Source: Polyangiaceae bacterium (GTDB taxonomy: Bacteria > Myxococcota_A > Polyangia > Polyangiales > Polyangiaceae). Taken from it: a stretch of 64,000 bases of DNA. Location: NCBI GenBank assembly GCA_044376115.1, contig JBILLK010000025.1, positions 1 to 64,000 on the forward strand, given 5' to 3'. The notes beneath the pieces were generated by a model. It had not been told where the DNA came from. It did not search any database and saw nothing but the letters and a program-made list of their open reading frames with translations. A program made the position numbers and the translations under genes. Below are positions 48,794 through 58,410 of the stretch, in pieces (the first letter of the stretch is position 1; the number at the start of each line of letters is the position of its first letter).

Positions 48794-51700
48794 GTGGAGC
48801 TGTCTCCCCCGAATGTGAGCACGGACACGAGCCCCGCGGTCTCGTTGCGGGCGTTAGAGCCAGGCACCGTCCTGGACTCACGCTACCGCTTGGTTGAACG
48901 CATCGGTCGTGGCGGCTTCGGCGACGTTTGGCGCGCCGTGGAGCTGCTGCCCGACGGAGCCCCGCTTCGGGATGTCGCGTTGAAGCTGCTGTCCCCCGAG
49001 ATGGACAGCTCCAATTGGGCTGAAGAAGCGAAGTTGCTCGCTTCGTTCAGCCACCCTTCGCTGGTCACGATCTACGCGACCGGCATCCTCGAGAAGCCCG
49101 CGGTGCCCTTCGTCGCGATGGAGCTTTTGCTTGGTGAAACGCTGGCCGAGCTGGTGCGGCGGCGTACTAAGTTTCCCTGGAGGCTCGCACTTCGCTACGT
49201 AGCGGCCGTAGCGCGAGCGCTCGACGTCATCCACCAGCGCGGCGTGATCCACCTTGATTTGAAGCCCGCCAACATCTTCGTCACCAGTGATGGTCGGGTG
49301 AAGGTGCTGGACTTCGGTATCTCGCGCACTCGCTCCAACGCGAACGCGCCCAAGGTGGCCGCCAAGCTCAATGACACCGTTACGCTGAAAGAGGGAGCTC
49401 TGCCTTCGGAGACCTTTGATTCGATGGCGACGGCGGCTTTTCTCGCCGGCACCCAAGAAGCCTACGCCGCCACACAAATGGCCGCGGCCGGTGAAGTGGC
49501 AGACGGCACGCGCGTGGTGGTGGGCACCCCAGGCTACGTCGCTCCGGAGGTGCTCTTGGCCGGCGTGCCAACCATGCGCGCAGACGCCTATGCGCTGGGC
49601 GTGACGTTGGCGGTGCTCGCCACCGGCAAGCTCCCGCACGACGTACCGGAAGAGCCCGCCGATGAGGGCTCGGCCGAGGATTACCGCACGTATTGGATGT
49701 CGCTGCGTGAGTCGACCTTGCGTGGGTCGCTGCGCAGCTTCGACGGTTTGGGTCTACCACGCGGTGTGGTGGCGTTGATTGTGCGTCTTTGCGCGGTCGA
49801 TCCCGAGCGACGGGGGGTAAGTGAGGGCGGGCTCGGTAGCCTCCTCGATGAGGTTTGGGAGCAGCCGCATGGCGTGCCCGAGCTTCCGTACCCAGGGCTC
49901 ATGCCGTTCGGCGAGGCCCACGAAGGCTTCTTGTTTGGGCGCGATCCCGATCTCGCGCGCACGCTACGGCACCTCACGTACGAGTCGCTCGTCGTCATCT
50001 CGGGGCCCTTTGGTGCGGGCAAAACGTCCTTCGTTCGTGCAGCGCTGCTGCCGGCCTTGGCGAAGGGCGGCGTCGACGGTGCCTTCGACGTCGAGCTCAT
50101 CAGCCTATCGGCTGCGAGTGGTCCCGATCGCACGTTGTTCGGCGGCACCACGGTCGAGCAGCTGCTCGAGCCTGAAGAAGGTCGAGCCCGGGTGGTCTTC
50201 ATCGATGATCTCGAAGAACTCGCTGCCTTCCCGCCGGATGAACGCAGGCTGACCGTCGCGCTGATCGAGCGCCTCTTGGCGGGCGAACGTCGCCAGGGAT
50301 TTCGCTTGGTGCTCGCGCTCGAGCAGGAGTCGCTCGCGACCCTGGCGGGTCTCTCGCCCGGCCTCAACGGGCTCTCCGCGAGCATCCGCTATTTGGCGCC
50401 ACCCAGTGAAGCGCAGGCCAAAGAGCTCGCCATCGAGCCAGCGCTGAGGGCCGGCTGGCGGGTCGAGAGCGAGCGCGAGATCGTCTCGTTGATTGCTCAA
50501 GAGCTAGCCAAGGTGCCAGTCCCACTGCCGATGGTCGCGCTGATTTTGGCCGAGAGCACCTCCGAACCGGAGGCCTTCGTCCCGACGCGACCTGCGCGCG
50601 CTTCGCTCGATAGCAGCGGCACGACGGTGGTTCTCGCGGAGGAGCGGCGCACTTTGGATGGGCGCCTGATGCACAAGGCCGGAGTCGCTGCGACCGTTCA
50701 CCGCGCGGCTGAGCGCGCGTGGAAAGGCCTCGCGGATGATTCACATGCGATGGACTTGTTGGTGCTCCTCACCACCTCGGAAGGGGAACCCATCCGCGTC
50801 AACGTCAGCACTCTTTGCGACCGGCTTGGCATGGAGTCGGTCGACGAGCTTTGCGATCGGCTGCGTCGACGACGCTTGATCGTCCAGCGCGGGCTCGAGG
50901 TCGAGCTGGCGCATCCGGCGCTCGCACGGTGGTCGAGGCTGGAGAGCGCACGGCTCTCTTCGCTCGATCAAATCGCCTTGCGCGAGCGCATCTCGGAGGC
51001 GGCGCTGGCGTGGGAGAAAGCGTCGATGAACTCGGCCTATCTCGCCCGTGCTGGCCTCTTGTCCGAGGTGGATCGGCAGGGCGTCGTGCTGAAGGCGTTG
51101 TCGGGGCTCGAGGTCGAGTTCCTTTCGGTCTCCCGTCGCGCGCGCCGTCAGCGCCGCCTGGTGCAGTTGGGCGCTGTGTTTGCGGCCTTGTTGGTCGCGC
51201 TGGTGGGGCTGCTCTATCGCGGGGAGCTGTTGAAGCGCCGCCGGGACGCCGAGACCAAGCAGAAGGAGGCTCAACAAGAGGCGCTGCGGGTTGGCTTGGT
51301 CGCGCGTGCGCGCCAGGCCTCGGATCCGTACGAGCGGATCGCCTACCTCGTCGCTTCGTTGAAAGAGGGCGCTGCCGAGCCTGCGCTGTTCGTGGAGCTG
51401 CTGGGCGCCGCGAGCGATCTCCCGCCTGGGCGCTTCTTGTCGCTCGAGCCCCTCGATTCGCTGCAGATGCCTTGGAACGATCGCTGGGTGATGGGGCGCT
51501 CCCCGGCCGGCGGTTTGGTGGTGTTCGATCTGCGTTCGCCCATCGCCGAACCAGAGTCGCTCGATAACGTGGACCCGACCATGGACCCGGCGCGAGCGAG
51601 CGTCGTTCATCGTCCGCCCAAACGCTTCGAGATCGCGATCGGTAACGCGCCGATCGTCGACACGACGCCCTTTCTCTTCGACACCTCGCTGTTCGCGCAG

Positions 51701-53434
51701 AACGCGGAGGGCGAGGTGCACTTGGTGCGCTTGCGTGAGTCGGGTGAAGTCGCGCTTGCGGCCATCGTCCCGTTCCGCTGTCGCGGGGAGATGTCGGTCG
51801 CGACGCGCGCGCCTGTGTTCGTGTGCAACTCCGGGGGCGACGCTACCGCGTGGAATCTGCGCACCGGTGAGATCGCGCGCGTCCAGCAACCCACCGGCAT
51901 CTTCGAACTCTCGCCCAACGGGGATCGCTTGGTCACCTGGGCTGGCTCCAAGTTGTTCGTTCATTCGTTGTGGGACAAGTCGCCCGTGCTCGAGCTGGCG
52001 GTCGAGGGAGAGGTGGCAGCCGCTTCGATTAGCCCTCGCGATCCGGTGATCGCCGTGCTCACCCCGAAGGCGCTCACGGTGCATCGGCTGGACGCTTTTG
52101 CTGAGCCGATCTTCAGCGGTCCGGGCGTAGCCGATTCCCACAGGCTCGCCTGGGACAAGCGTGGGCTCGACGTTGCGGCCTGCGGTGTCGACGACGGTGC
52201 CGTCTTCTATTTTCTGATGCAGGGTCCGCGGCCACAGAGTTTGGCCAGCCCCTCGGTTCGTTGTGACGGAATGTCGAGCATGGCCCCTGATTTCAAGGCT
52301 TCTCGATTCGATCTCGGGGAGTTCGCCTATCGCAATTTTGGGGAACACTTCTCCAAGGGCGGTTGGGCCTTGCCCGGAGATCGCTACCTCTCCACCACGC
52401 TCCTCTTGGCGGGTGGCATCGAGGACGGCCTGCGCCGCGTGCTCGAACTGGCTGTTCGGGACGCCCAAGATGAATTGCTGCCTGTGAGCGCCGACTCGGG
52501 CTTTACCAAGGTAGTTCGTTCAGGCAACACCGCTGTGATTCAAATGGCCCGCACGAACGAGCAGACGCTCGCTCATGAGGCCCCAGAGATCGTCGTCACG
52601 GCTGCCGCAACCGGCGTGCGTCTGCAGAGCGCGCGCGGCTTTCTGCTCGACAGTTGTCCCGATGAGAAGGTGCTCTCGTTCCGGCTCGACGACGCCGACC
52701 GCTTGACCGTCGTGGAGCTTCGTTCGGCGCACGAGCTGGGCCGTTTCCCGCACGCTCCGGGCTTCGTACTTGGGCTCTCACCGAGCTGCACCAAGCTCTA
52801 TACGCAAGATCTCGATGGCACGATCTTCAGCATCGACCTCGCTACGCCGGGTGAGCGCAAGTTCGTCGCGAGCGCGCATGGTCACGTCTTCGAGGTAAAG
52901 CGCAGCGCGCCGTTTGGGGCGTCGGGCCCAGGTCTACTCATGGGCCTCTCCAGCGGGGAGGTCGTTCGCATCGATGAGACCGACGACGCGGTGCGCCTTT
53001 TGGCTCGGGCCAACCCCCGCATCACCGCCCTCTCCGACGGCGTAGTTCCTGGTCAGACGGTCTACGCCGACCACACGGGCGTCTACCGCATCGACCAAAG
53101 CGGAACCGAGCGCTTGGCTGCTCCCCGCATCGGCTCGGCTTGGGAAGACATCATCGCCTCGCCCGGCGCTCGTGCGTTGGTGTTGGCCTCGCGCAATGAA
53201 GTTGCCGTGGTCGATGAGAAGGTGGGCGCCATCACCGGGAGCGTCAAACTCGAGGGCTTCACCCGCGGCACACTTTGGGACCCGGCAGGGGCGGTGCTCT
53301 TGTACCCCAGCGGCAGCCAGGGCGTAGCGCGCGCGCAGCTCTTGCCGTTTGGTGCGAAGTTACCGGAGGTGATCGGCTCGCTCGCGTCCAACCTGCGCGT
53401 CGACTCGAAGGGAGCCCTGGCGCTCAAACGTTGA
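48794..53434 (+). CDS. Ser/Thr kinase - STAND (nSTAND1-like) NTPase - TM - beta-propeller fusion
   Basis: GRGGFG, VALK, HLDLKPAN, DFG, APE; PYPGL..F..FGRD, GPFGAGKTS, FIDDLEE; TM helix; beta-rich C-terminus; start approximate. Confidence 0.85.
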   Translation: MELSPPNVSTDTSPAVSLRALEPGTVLDSRYRLVERIGRGGFGDVWRAVELLPDGAPLRDVALKLLSPEMDSSNWAEEAKLLASFSHPSLVTIYATGILEKPAVPFVAMELLLGETLAELVRRRTKFPWRLALRYVAAVARALDVIHQRGVIHLDLKPANIFVTSDGRVKVLDFGISRTRSNANAPKVAAKLNDTVTLKEGALPSETFDSMATAAFLAGTQEAYAATQMAAAGEVADGTRVVVGTPGYVAPEVLLAGVPTMRADAYALGVTLAVLATGKLPHDVPEEPADEGSAEDYRTYWMSLRESTLRGSLRSFDGLGLPRGVVALIVRLCAVDPERRGVSEGGLGSLLDEVWEQPHGVPELPYPGLMPFGEAHEGFLFGRDPDLARTLRHLTYESLVVISGPFGAGKTSFVRAALLPALAKGGVDGAFDVELISLSAASGPDRTLFGGTTVEQLLEPEEGRARVVFIDDLEELAAFPPDERRLTVALIERLLAGERRQGFRLVLALEQESLATLAGLSPGLNGLSASIRYLAPPSEAQAKELAIEPALRAGWRVESEREIVSLIAQELAKVPVPLPMVALILAESTSEPEAFVPTRPARASLDSSGTTVVLAEERRTLDGRLMHKAGVAATVHRAAERAWKGLADDSHAMDLLVLLTTSEGEPIRVNVSTLCDRLGMESVDELCDRLRRRRLIVQRGLEVELAHPALARWSRLESARLSSLDQIALRERISEAALAWEKASMNSAYLARAGLLSEVDRQGVVLKALSGLEVEFLSVSRRARRQRRLVQLGAVFAALLVALVGLLYRGELLKRRRDAETKQKEAQQEALRVGLVARARQASDPYERIAYLVASLKEGAAEPALFVELLGAASDLPPGRFLSLEPLDSLQMPWNDRWVMGRSPAGGLVVFDLRSPIAEPESLDNVDPTMDPARASVVHRPPKRFEIAIGNAPIVDTTPFLFDTSLFAQNAEGEVHLVRLRESGEVALAAIVPFRCRGEMSVATRAPVFVCNSGGDATAWNLRTGEIARVQQPTGIFELSPNGDRLVTWAGSKLFVHSLWDKSPVLELAVEGEVAAASISPRDPVIAVLTPKALTVHRLDAFAEPIFSGPGVADSHRLAWDKRGLDVAACGVDDGAVFYFLMQGPRPQSLASPSVRCDGMSSMAPDFKASRFDLGEFAYRNFGEHFSKGGWALPGDRYLSTTLLLAGGIEDGLRRVLELAVRDAQDELLPVSADSGFTKVVRSGNTAVIQMARTNEQTLAHEAPEIVVTAAATGVRLQSARGFLLDSCPDEKVLSFRLDDADRLTVVELRSAHELGRFPHAPGFVLGLSPSCTKLYTQDLDGTIFSIDLATPGERKFVASAHGHVFEVKRSAPFGASGPGLLMGLSSGEVVRIDETDDAVRLLARANPRITALSDGVVPGQTVYADHTGVYRIDQSGTERLAAPRIGSAWEDIIASPGARALVLASRNEVAVVDEKVGAITGSVKLEGFTRGTLWDPAGAVLLYPSGSQGVARAQLLPFGAKLPEVIGSLASNLRVDSKGALALKR

Positions 53435-53492
53435 GCGCCGGAGGGCTAGCCGATCGCGCGGGGCTTCGCGATCGCGCGGGCTTTTCGAGCAA

Positions 53493-54506
53493 CTACTTCT
53501 TGTTACGGAGGTATTCGAAGTTGCGCGCCAAAGCGTCTTCGGTGGAGACGATGGGCTTGAAGCCGATGGAGCGGAGCTTCGCGTTCGAAAAGCCGTTGCC
53601 TTTCCACATCGCCCGCGTCTTGTAGGGCGTAAAAATGGCCGGCAACTGTCCCTTGGAGTAGCGGTGGTACCAGGCGACCGCGTGAGAAAGAGCCATCGCT
53701 GCGGGGTAGGGGAGCGTCACCTTGCGCACCTTCTTTACCTCCGCCTGATAACGACGCAGGTACTCACGCGCGGTGATCAGATCGTCGTCATGGACGTTGT
53801 ACACGTCGCCGTCGAACTTCGCGTTGAGCGCGGCCACACAGATCGCCTCTGCGCAGTTGTCGACGTAGCTGAGCGGCAACAAGTTGTCTCCGCCGAGGAA
53901 GAGGAATGCGCCGGGCAGAGCGAGCCCAACGCGCGAGCTGAAGGCGCCGCCGCCAGGCCCGTAGATCACGCCGGGGCGCAGCACGGTCAGCGGAACACCG
54001 CGGCGACGGTGATAGTCGAAGGCGACCTCCTCTTGGCGCAGCTTGGAGTGCGAGTAGTGATCTCGGCGCTCCGGGAACTGCTCGGTGGGCGTCTCCTCAC
54101 TCACCACGTGACCCTTGGGCAAATCAGCAACGCCGTACACACCGAACGAGCTGATCAGCACGATCTTCGGCGGGCTCGCGAGGCTGCCAGCGGCTTCGAA
54201 CAGGTTCTTCGTCGTGACTACGGTGCCGAGGAACATCTCGGCCGAAGGCCCCGACAAGGCCGCAGCCAGGTGCAACACGATTCCTACGCCGTCGAGTAGG
54301 GCGGCTGCCTCCTTGGGCGAACTCAAGCCGCCGGTGACCAACTTTGCGTCGCTCTGTGGGTAGCGGGCAAGCACTGCGTCGAGCCGGCGCTTGTCACTAC
54401 CGGCGCGGACCAGGAAGCGCACGCCCTTCGTTCCACGGGCGAGCAGCCGCTCTGCCGTCGCAACACCGAGAAAGCCGTTCGAGCCGGTGACCAGCATATC
54501 GCTCAT
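53493..54506 (-). CDS. NAD-dependent epimerase/dehydratase
   Basis: TGSNGFLG, YSHSK, RPGVIYG. Confidence 0.88.
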   Translation of the reverse strand: MSDMLVTGSNGFLGVATAERLLARGTKGVRFLVRAGSDKRRLDAVLARYPQSDAKLVTGGLSSPKEAAALLDGVGIVLHLAAALSGPSAEMFLGTVVTTKNLFEAAGSLASPPKIVLISSFGVYGVADLPKGHVVSEETPTEQFPERRDHYSHSKLRQEEVAFDYHRRRGVPLTVLRPGVIYGPGGGAFSSRVGLALPGAFLFLGGDNLLPLSYVDNCAEAICVAALNAKFDGDVYNVHDDDLITAREYLRRYQAEVKKVRKVTLPYPAAMALSHAVAWYHRYSKGQLPAIFTPYKTRAMWKGNGFSNAKLRSIGFKPIVSTEDALARNFEYLRNKK

Positions 54507-55612
54507 GACTTCACCTCCGTCGTCGAGGCGCTCGCTCGCGAGGAATCACGCACCTGGGCGAAAATTTCGTCGAGCATCCAGGCGACCCGGAGGATGTCGC
54601 GAGAGCTGATCGGCGGCGGCGTATTGTTCTCGATGCTGGCGTAGAAAAGCCTGAACAGCTCGCCCAAGCCGGCAAAGAAGTGGAAGCCCGATCGCGAGAA
54701 GCGCGCCATGTTGCGGGCCCCTTCACGGGCATATTGCGCAGCTTGCTCAAAGGCCGGAACCAAGCGGCCGATGGCGCTCGGTAGCGTGGGCGCTAGATCG
54801 AGCGTGCAGGTCCGATTGTTGAAGTCGAGGTGGGCCGTGTTCTTCGTCCCGTATACGCGAAGGAAGTGACCGACCGGGCGCGCATAGCCGCTGAAGGTGA
54901 TGTACGCGGTCACTTTCTCCCCGCGAATGATCACGCGCGCTTCATCCACTAGCTCATCGCGAACGTCGCCGAAGCGCACGTCTCTCCGGCTCGAACCGAA
55001 GGCCGTCACCTGCGGACGCTCATCGGGTAGGAACTCGATGATCTTCGCCAGCGCGTGATCGAGCGTGTTTTGCAGCAGCTTGCCTGGCATGGCGTGCACC
55101 CAGTGATTCGGGTCGCTCAGCAGCGCTTTACCGAAGGCCCCCTCCATGTTGTAGCCGTAGAAGGACTCGACATGCACCACGTCCCCGAGTTGGCCGTCGG
55201 CGCGTAGCTGGCGCAGCTCTTGGGCAGGCGGCTCATAGTGGTAGCTGTAGCCGATGCTCACCTTTCGCCCGGTCTTCTCGGCGTGATCGATCAGGGCCTT
55301 CGAGTCGGCGTAGTTGAGCGTCAGCGGCTTCTCCACGAACACGTGTGCGCCAGCGTCCATCGCTTGACAGGCGAGCGCGCGGTGCACGTGGGGTGGCGTC
55401 GCGATATGAACGACGTCCGGCTTGGTCTGCGCGAGCATGCTCGCGTAGTCGTCGTAAACCCCTTGGATGCCGTAGCGCACGGCAAGCTGCCGCGCCATCA
55501 CGAGTTCACGATCGCATACCGCGACCACCTCGGTGTTGGGCGCGAGCTTTTGAATCTCTTCGACGTGACCGTCGGCTATCTTCCCACAGCCTACGATGGC
55601 AGCTCGCAACAT
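54503..55612 (-). CDS. Gfo/Idh/MocA oxidoreductase
   Basis: VGCGKIA, ATPP..H, VEKP. Confidence 0.9.
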   Translation of the reverse strand: MLRAAIVGCGKIADGHVEEIQKLAPNTEVVAVCDRELVMARQLAVRYGIQGVYDDYASMLAQTKPDVVHIATPPHVHRALACQAMDAGAHVFVEKPLTLNYADSKALIDHAEKTGRKVSIGYSYHYEPPAQELRQLRADGQLGDVVHVESFYGYNMEGAFGKALLSDPNHWVHAMPGKLLQNTLDHALAKIIEFLPDERPQVTAFGSSRRDVRFGDVRDELVDEARVIIRGEKVTAYITFSGYARPVGHFLRVYGTKNTAHLDFNNRTCTLDLAPTLPSAIGRLVPAFEQAAQYAREGARNMARFSRSGFHFFAGLGELFRLFYASIENNTPPPISSRDILRVAWMLDEIFAQVRDSSRASASTTEVKS

Positions 55613-55707
55613 GAAGGGCGCTCTCCTGGAAAGTGCGCATAGTTACGGAGACTGACCCTCTCTTGCAAGCGAGTTCCTGTCAACGCGAGGACGCGAAAGG
55701 ATGCACG

Positions 55708-57330
55708 ATGTTTTTCTCCGAGAAGCTTCTCCGTTTTGTTCGATCGGCCGCTCGCGCGAGCGTTGTGCTCGGGGCGACGACGGCTGGTTGTTCGGGCGGT
55801 CAGGGGTCGGCGGTCGACGGCTCGCTTGATGATCGCCCGGATGCGGGGAGCTCGCCGCAAACCTCGGCACAAGCGGTGGCCTTTGAGCCTGAGAACAACG
55901 AGTGCGTGCACCGCGGTAGCGGGACCGACTACGTCGTAGGTCCAGGCAAGGCTTACGCCAGTCTGGGCGCGGTTCCCTTCGAGAACCTAAAGGCCGGAGA
56001 CACGGTGCGCGTCTATCACCGCACTGAGCCCTATCGAGAAAAGCTGATGATCTCGGGCCAGGGAACTGCGGAAGCACCTATTCGAATCTGTGGCGTGCCG
56101 GGCGCAAACGGCGCCTTGCCGGTGATTGACGGAGAAAACGCGACCACCCGCAAGGAACTCGACTTCCCGTTTGATGGCCACCAGGTTCGAGGGCTCGTGA
56201 TCATCGGGCACGCGCACGATCAGCCGTATGAGCTGACCCCCAGCTACATCACGCTCGAAGGTCTGGAGATCCGCAATGCGTCACCGCCCAATACCTTCAC
56301 CGACAAGGCGGGCAAACAGCAGGCTTACTCGGCGATCGTGGCGGGCATCTTCATCGAGCGGGCGAAGCACCTGACGATTCGCGGTTGCATCGTCACTGCC
56401 AACAACAACGGTATCTTTGGTGGCACGGGCGGCGGCGTCGAGCTCTCCGAGGACCTTCTGATCGAAGGAAACTATATCTACGGTAACGGCAGCCTCGATC
56501 GGCACTTCGAGCACAACGTGTATATCGAAGCCTCCAATGTCGTTTACCAGTTCAACCGCTTCGGCCCACCCCGGATTGGTAAGAACGGCAATCAGGGGGC
56601 GAACATCAAAGAGCGCTCCGCCGGCGTGGTGATCCGTAACAACTATATCGAGGATGGCGCCCATATCCTGGACATCGTCGACGCCCAAGAAGCCAAGGCG
56701 ACAACCGTCGCGATGCCGAGCTTTCACTCGACCCACGTCTACGGGAACGTGATTGTGCGTGGTGCGGAGCCGTCGGGAACGCTCATTCACTATGGCGGCG
56801 ATAGCGAGGTTTTTGCCGACTATCGCAAAGGCACCCTCTACTTTTACAACAATACCGTCGTGGTGAAGAACGTCGGGTACAAGGACTACACCCGTACCGG
56901 CATCTTCGAGTTATCCACCAACGAGGAGACGGTCGTCTCGCGCAACAACGTCTATTTCACCGCCGAAGCACCGGTGGAGGTTCGGCCAGTGGGCCTGCTC
57001 GGTCAGCGCGATACCGTCTTTAACGGCGTTGGCAACTTCGCTGGCGATTGGATGTCGAAGGGGATCACCGCGCACAACATCAATCCCGGCGGCAGCGACA
57101 AGATCAACGCCAAGGTGATCGGGCTCGAGTCGGTCATGCGCGGGGAGCAGCCGGGCTTCCGTAACTTCGCCGCCGACGACTATGCGCTCGTCGGGGCAGA
57201 GCTCACGGGGGCCACCCAGCTACCCAAGGAGATTCCGCGCGCACTTCTCCCGCAAGCGAGCTACGTCAAACACCAACGAGGCAAAGCGGATCCTGAGGCG
57301 GGAAAGCGGGTCGGAGCCACGGTGCAGTGA
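55708..57330 (+). CDS. Exported right-handed beta-helix protein (polysaccharide lyase-like)
   Basis: ITLEGLEIRN, LIEGNYIYGNG, VIRNNYI, FYNNT repeats; TAGC lipobox-like. Confidence 0.75.
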   Translation: MFFSEKLLRFVRSAARASVVLGATTAGCSGGQGSAVDGSLDDRPDAGSSPQTSAQAVAFEPENNECVHRGSGTDYVVGPGKAYASLGAVPFENLKAGDTVRVYHRTEPYREKLMISGQGTAEAPIRICGVPGANGALPVIDGENATTRKELDFPFDGHQVRGLVIIGHAHDQPYELTPSYITLEGLEIRNASPPNTFTDKAGKQQAYSAIVAGIFIERAKHLTIRGCIVTANNNGIFGGTGGGVELSEDLLIEGNYIYGNGSLDRHFEHNVYIEASNVVYQFNRFGPPRIGKNGNQGANIKERSAGVVIRNNYIEDGAHILDIVDAQEAKATTVAMPSFHSTHVYGNVIVRGAEPSGTLIHYGGDSEVFADYRKGTLYFYNNTVVVKNVGYKDYTRTGIFELSTNEETVVSRNNVYFTAEAPVEVRPVGLLGQRDTVFNGVGNFAGDWMSKGITAHNINPGGSDKINAKVIGLESVMRGEQPGFRNFAADDYALVGAELTGATQLPKEIPRALLPQASYVKHQRGKADPEAGKRVGATVQ

Positions 57331-57333
57331 GCC

Positions 57334-58377
57334 TCAGCGCAACGTGAAGGTGGTGACCAAGCCGAGGTGGTCCGAGCCAACCTCTACGGCTTGTTTTGCT
57401 TCGACCACGCTCCACTCGCTCGAGCTCAGCACGTGATCGATGCGCGAGCGGAAGTAGAGCGGGCCAAACTTGGTCACCTTGGTGTCCCCATTGCCGAAAC
57501 CGCATTCGTCAAATGCGTTGTCCATCTCGCCGAAGTGCTTATTCATCAAAGCGCTCTCCTCGACCAGGTTGAAGTCCCCGCCGATCAGTAACGGCCCCTT
57601 GGCCTGCTTCGCCCATTCTTCGGCTGCAGCAGCCTCGAGTTCCCGTTGCTCCATCGATTCGTGCATCGTCACGATGCCGCCCAAGCGGAACTTCACCAAG
57701 CCAGAGAGCCCCTCGCGGATCGTCTCGAGGTGGATGTTCTGGACCCAGATCTTGCCCATCGGAGCGTCGAGCTCGTAGAGCGCGATGGCGCCGCAACCAC
57801 CTTGCTTCCAGACCTCGCTGCGATCGCGATGCAGCACCTTCAGGACCGGGTAGCGACTGAGCATGCAAAGGTTGTGATCGATCACCAGGTGATAGTCGGG
57901 TTGCCCAACCAACTGACCGGGCCGTACCTCCGACGAATCGATCGAAACGCCGGGCGGTTGGCACTCCTGGAGCAGGAGCACGTCGGGCTTGTGGGCCTCG
58001 ACGAGCTTCGCCATCGCACCGATCTCGTTGCGGTGAGCGAGGTTTTGTACCACCAAGGTGACGGTCCGTTCGGGCGGGCCGCTACGACAGAGGCCGGGGA
58101 ACTCCACGCCGCCGACGATGAAGATCGCGACCAAGAGACCAGCGAGGTTTGCCAGGAAATGCCACTTGTGGCGCATGACGGCGGCGATGGGTAGCACCAG
58201 CACCGTCGGCAGGTAGGCGACGAAGCGGGGTGTGTAGGCGACCACCGTTCCCAGCCAGTGGCGGTCCGCAAACACGCCGAGCAGGATCCAATAGGCGGCA
58301 GTGGCTACCAGCGCTAGGCCGGTCAGCACGGTGAGCCAGCGGGCCTTCTTGGTGATCCGTACTTCGGGCTGTGCCAT
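57334..58377 (-). CDS. Membrane-anchored endonuclease/exonuclease/phosphatase family protein
   Basis: Three TMs, LQE, GDFN, RIDH, SDH. Confidence 0.85.
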   Translation of the reverse strand: MAQPEVRITKKARWLTVLTGLALVATAAYWILLGVFADRHWLGTVVAYTPRFVAYLPTVLVLPIAAVMRHKWHFLANLAGLLVAIFIVGGVEFPGLCRSGPPERTVTLVVQNLAHRNEIGAMAKLVEAHKPDVLLLQECQPPGVSIDSSEVRPGQLVGQPDYHLVIDHNLCMLSRYPVLKVLHRDRSEVWKQGGCGAIALYELDAPMGKIWVQNIHLETIREGLSGLVKFRLGGIVTMHESMEQRELEAAAAEEWAKQAKGPLLIGGDFNLVEESALMNKHFGEMDNAFDECGFGNGDTKVTKFGPLYFRSRIDHVLSSSEWSVVEAKQAVEVGSDHLGLVTTFTLR

Positions 58378-58410
58378 CGCCCGTCTTGTACGAGGAAACT
58401 GCGGCGGTTC

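Noticed and set aside
50741..52468. Long antisense ORF (575 aa) and similar shadow ORFs across the window
   Set aside because: Expected artefacts of high-GC3 coding on the opposite strand; no motifs
56401..56409. AACAACAAC as a possible DGR template repeat
   Set aside because: Asn codons within the beta-helix gene; flanks have no similarity to the VR
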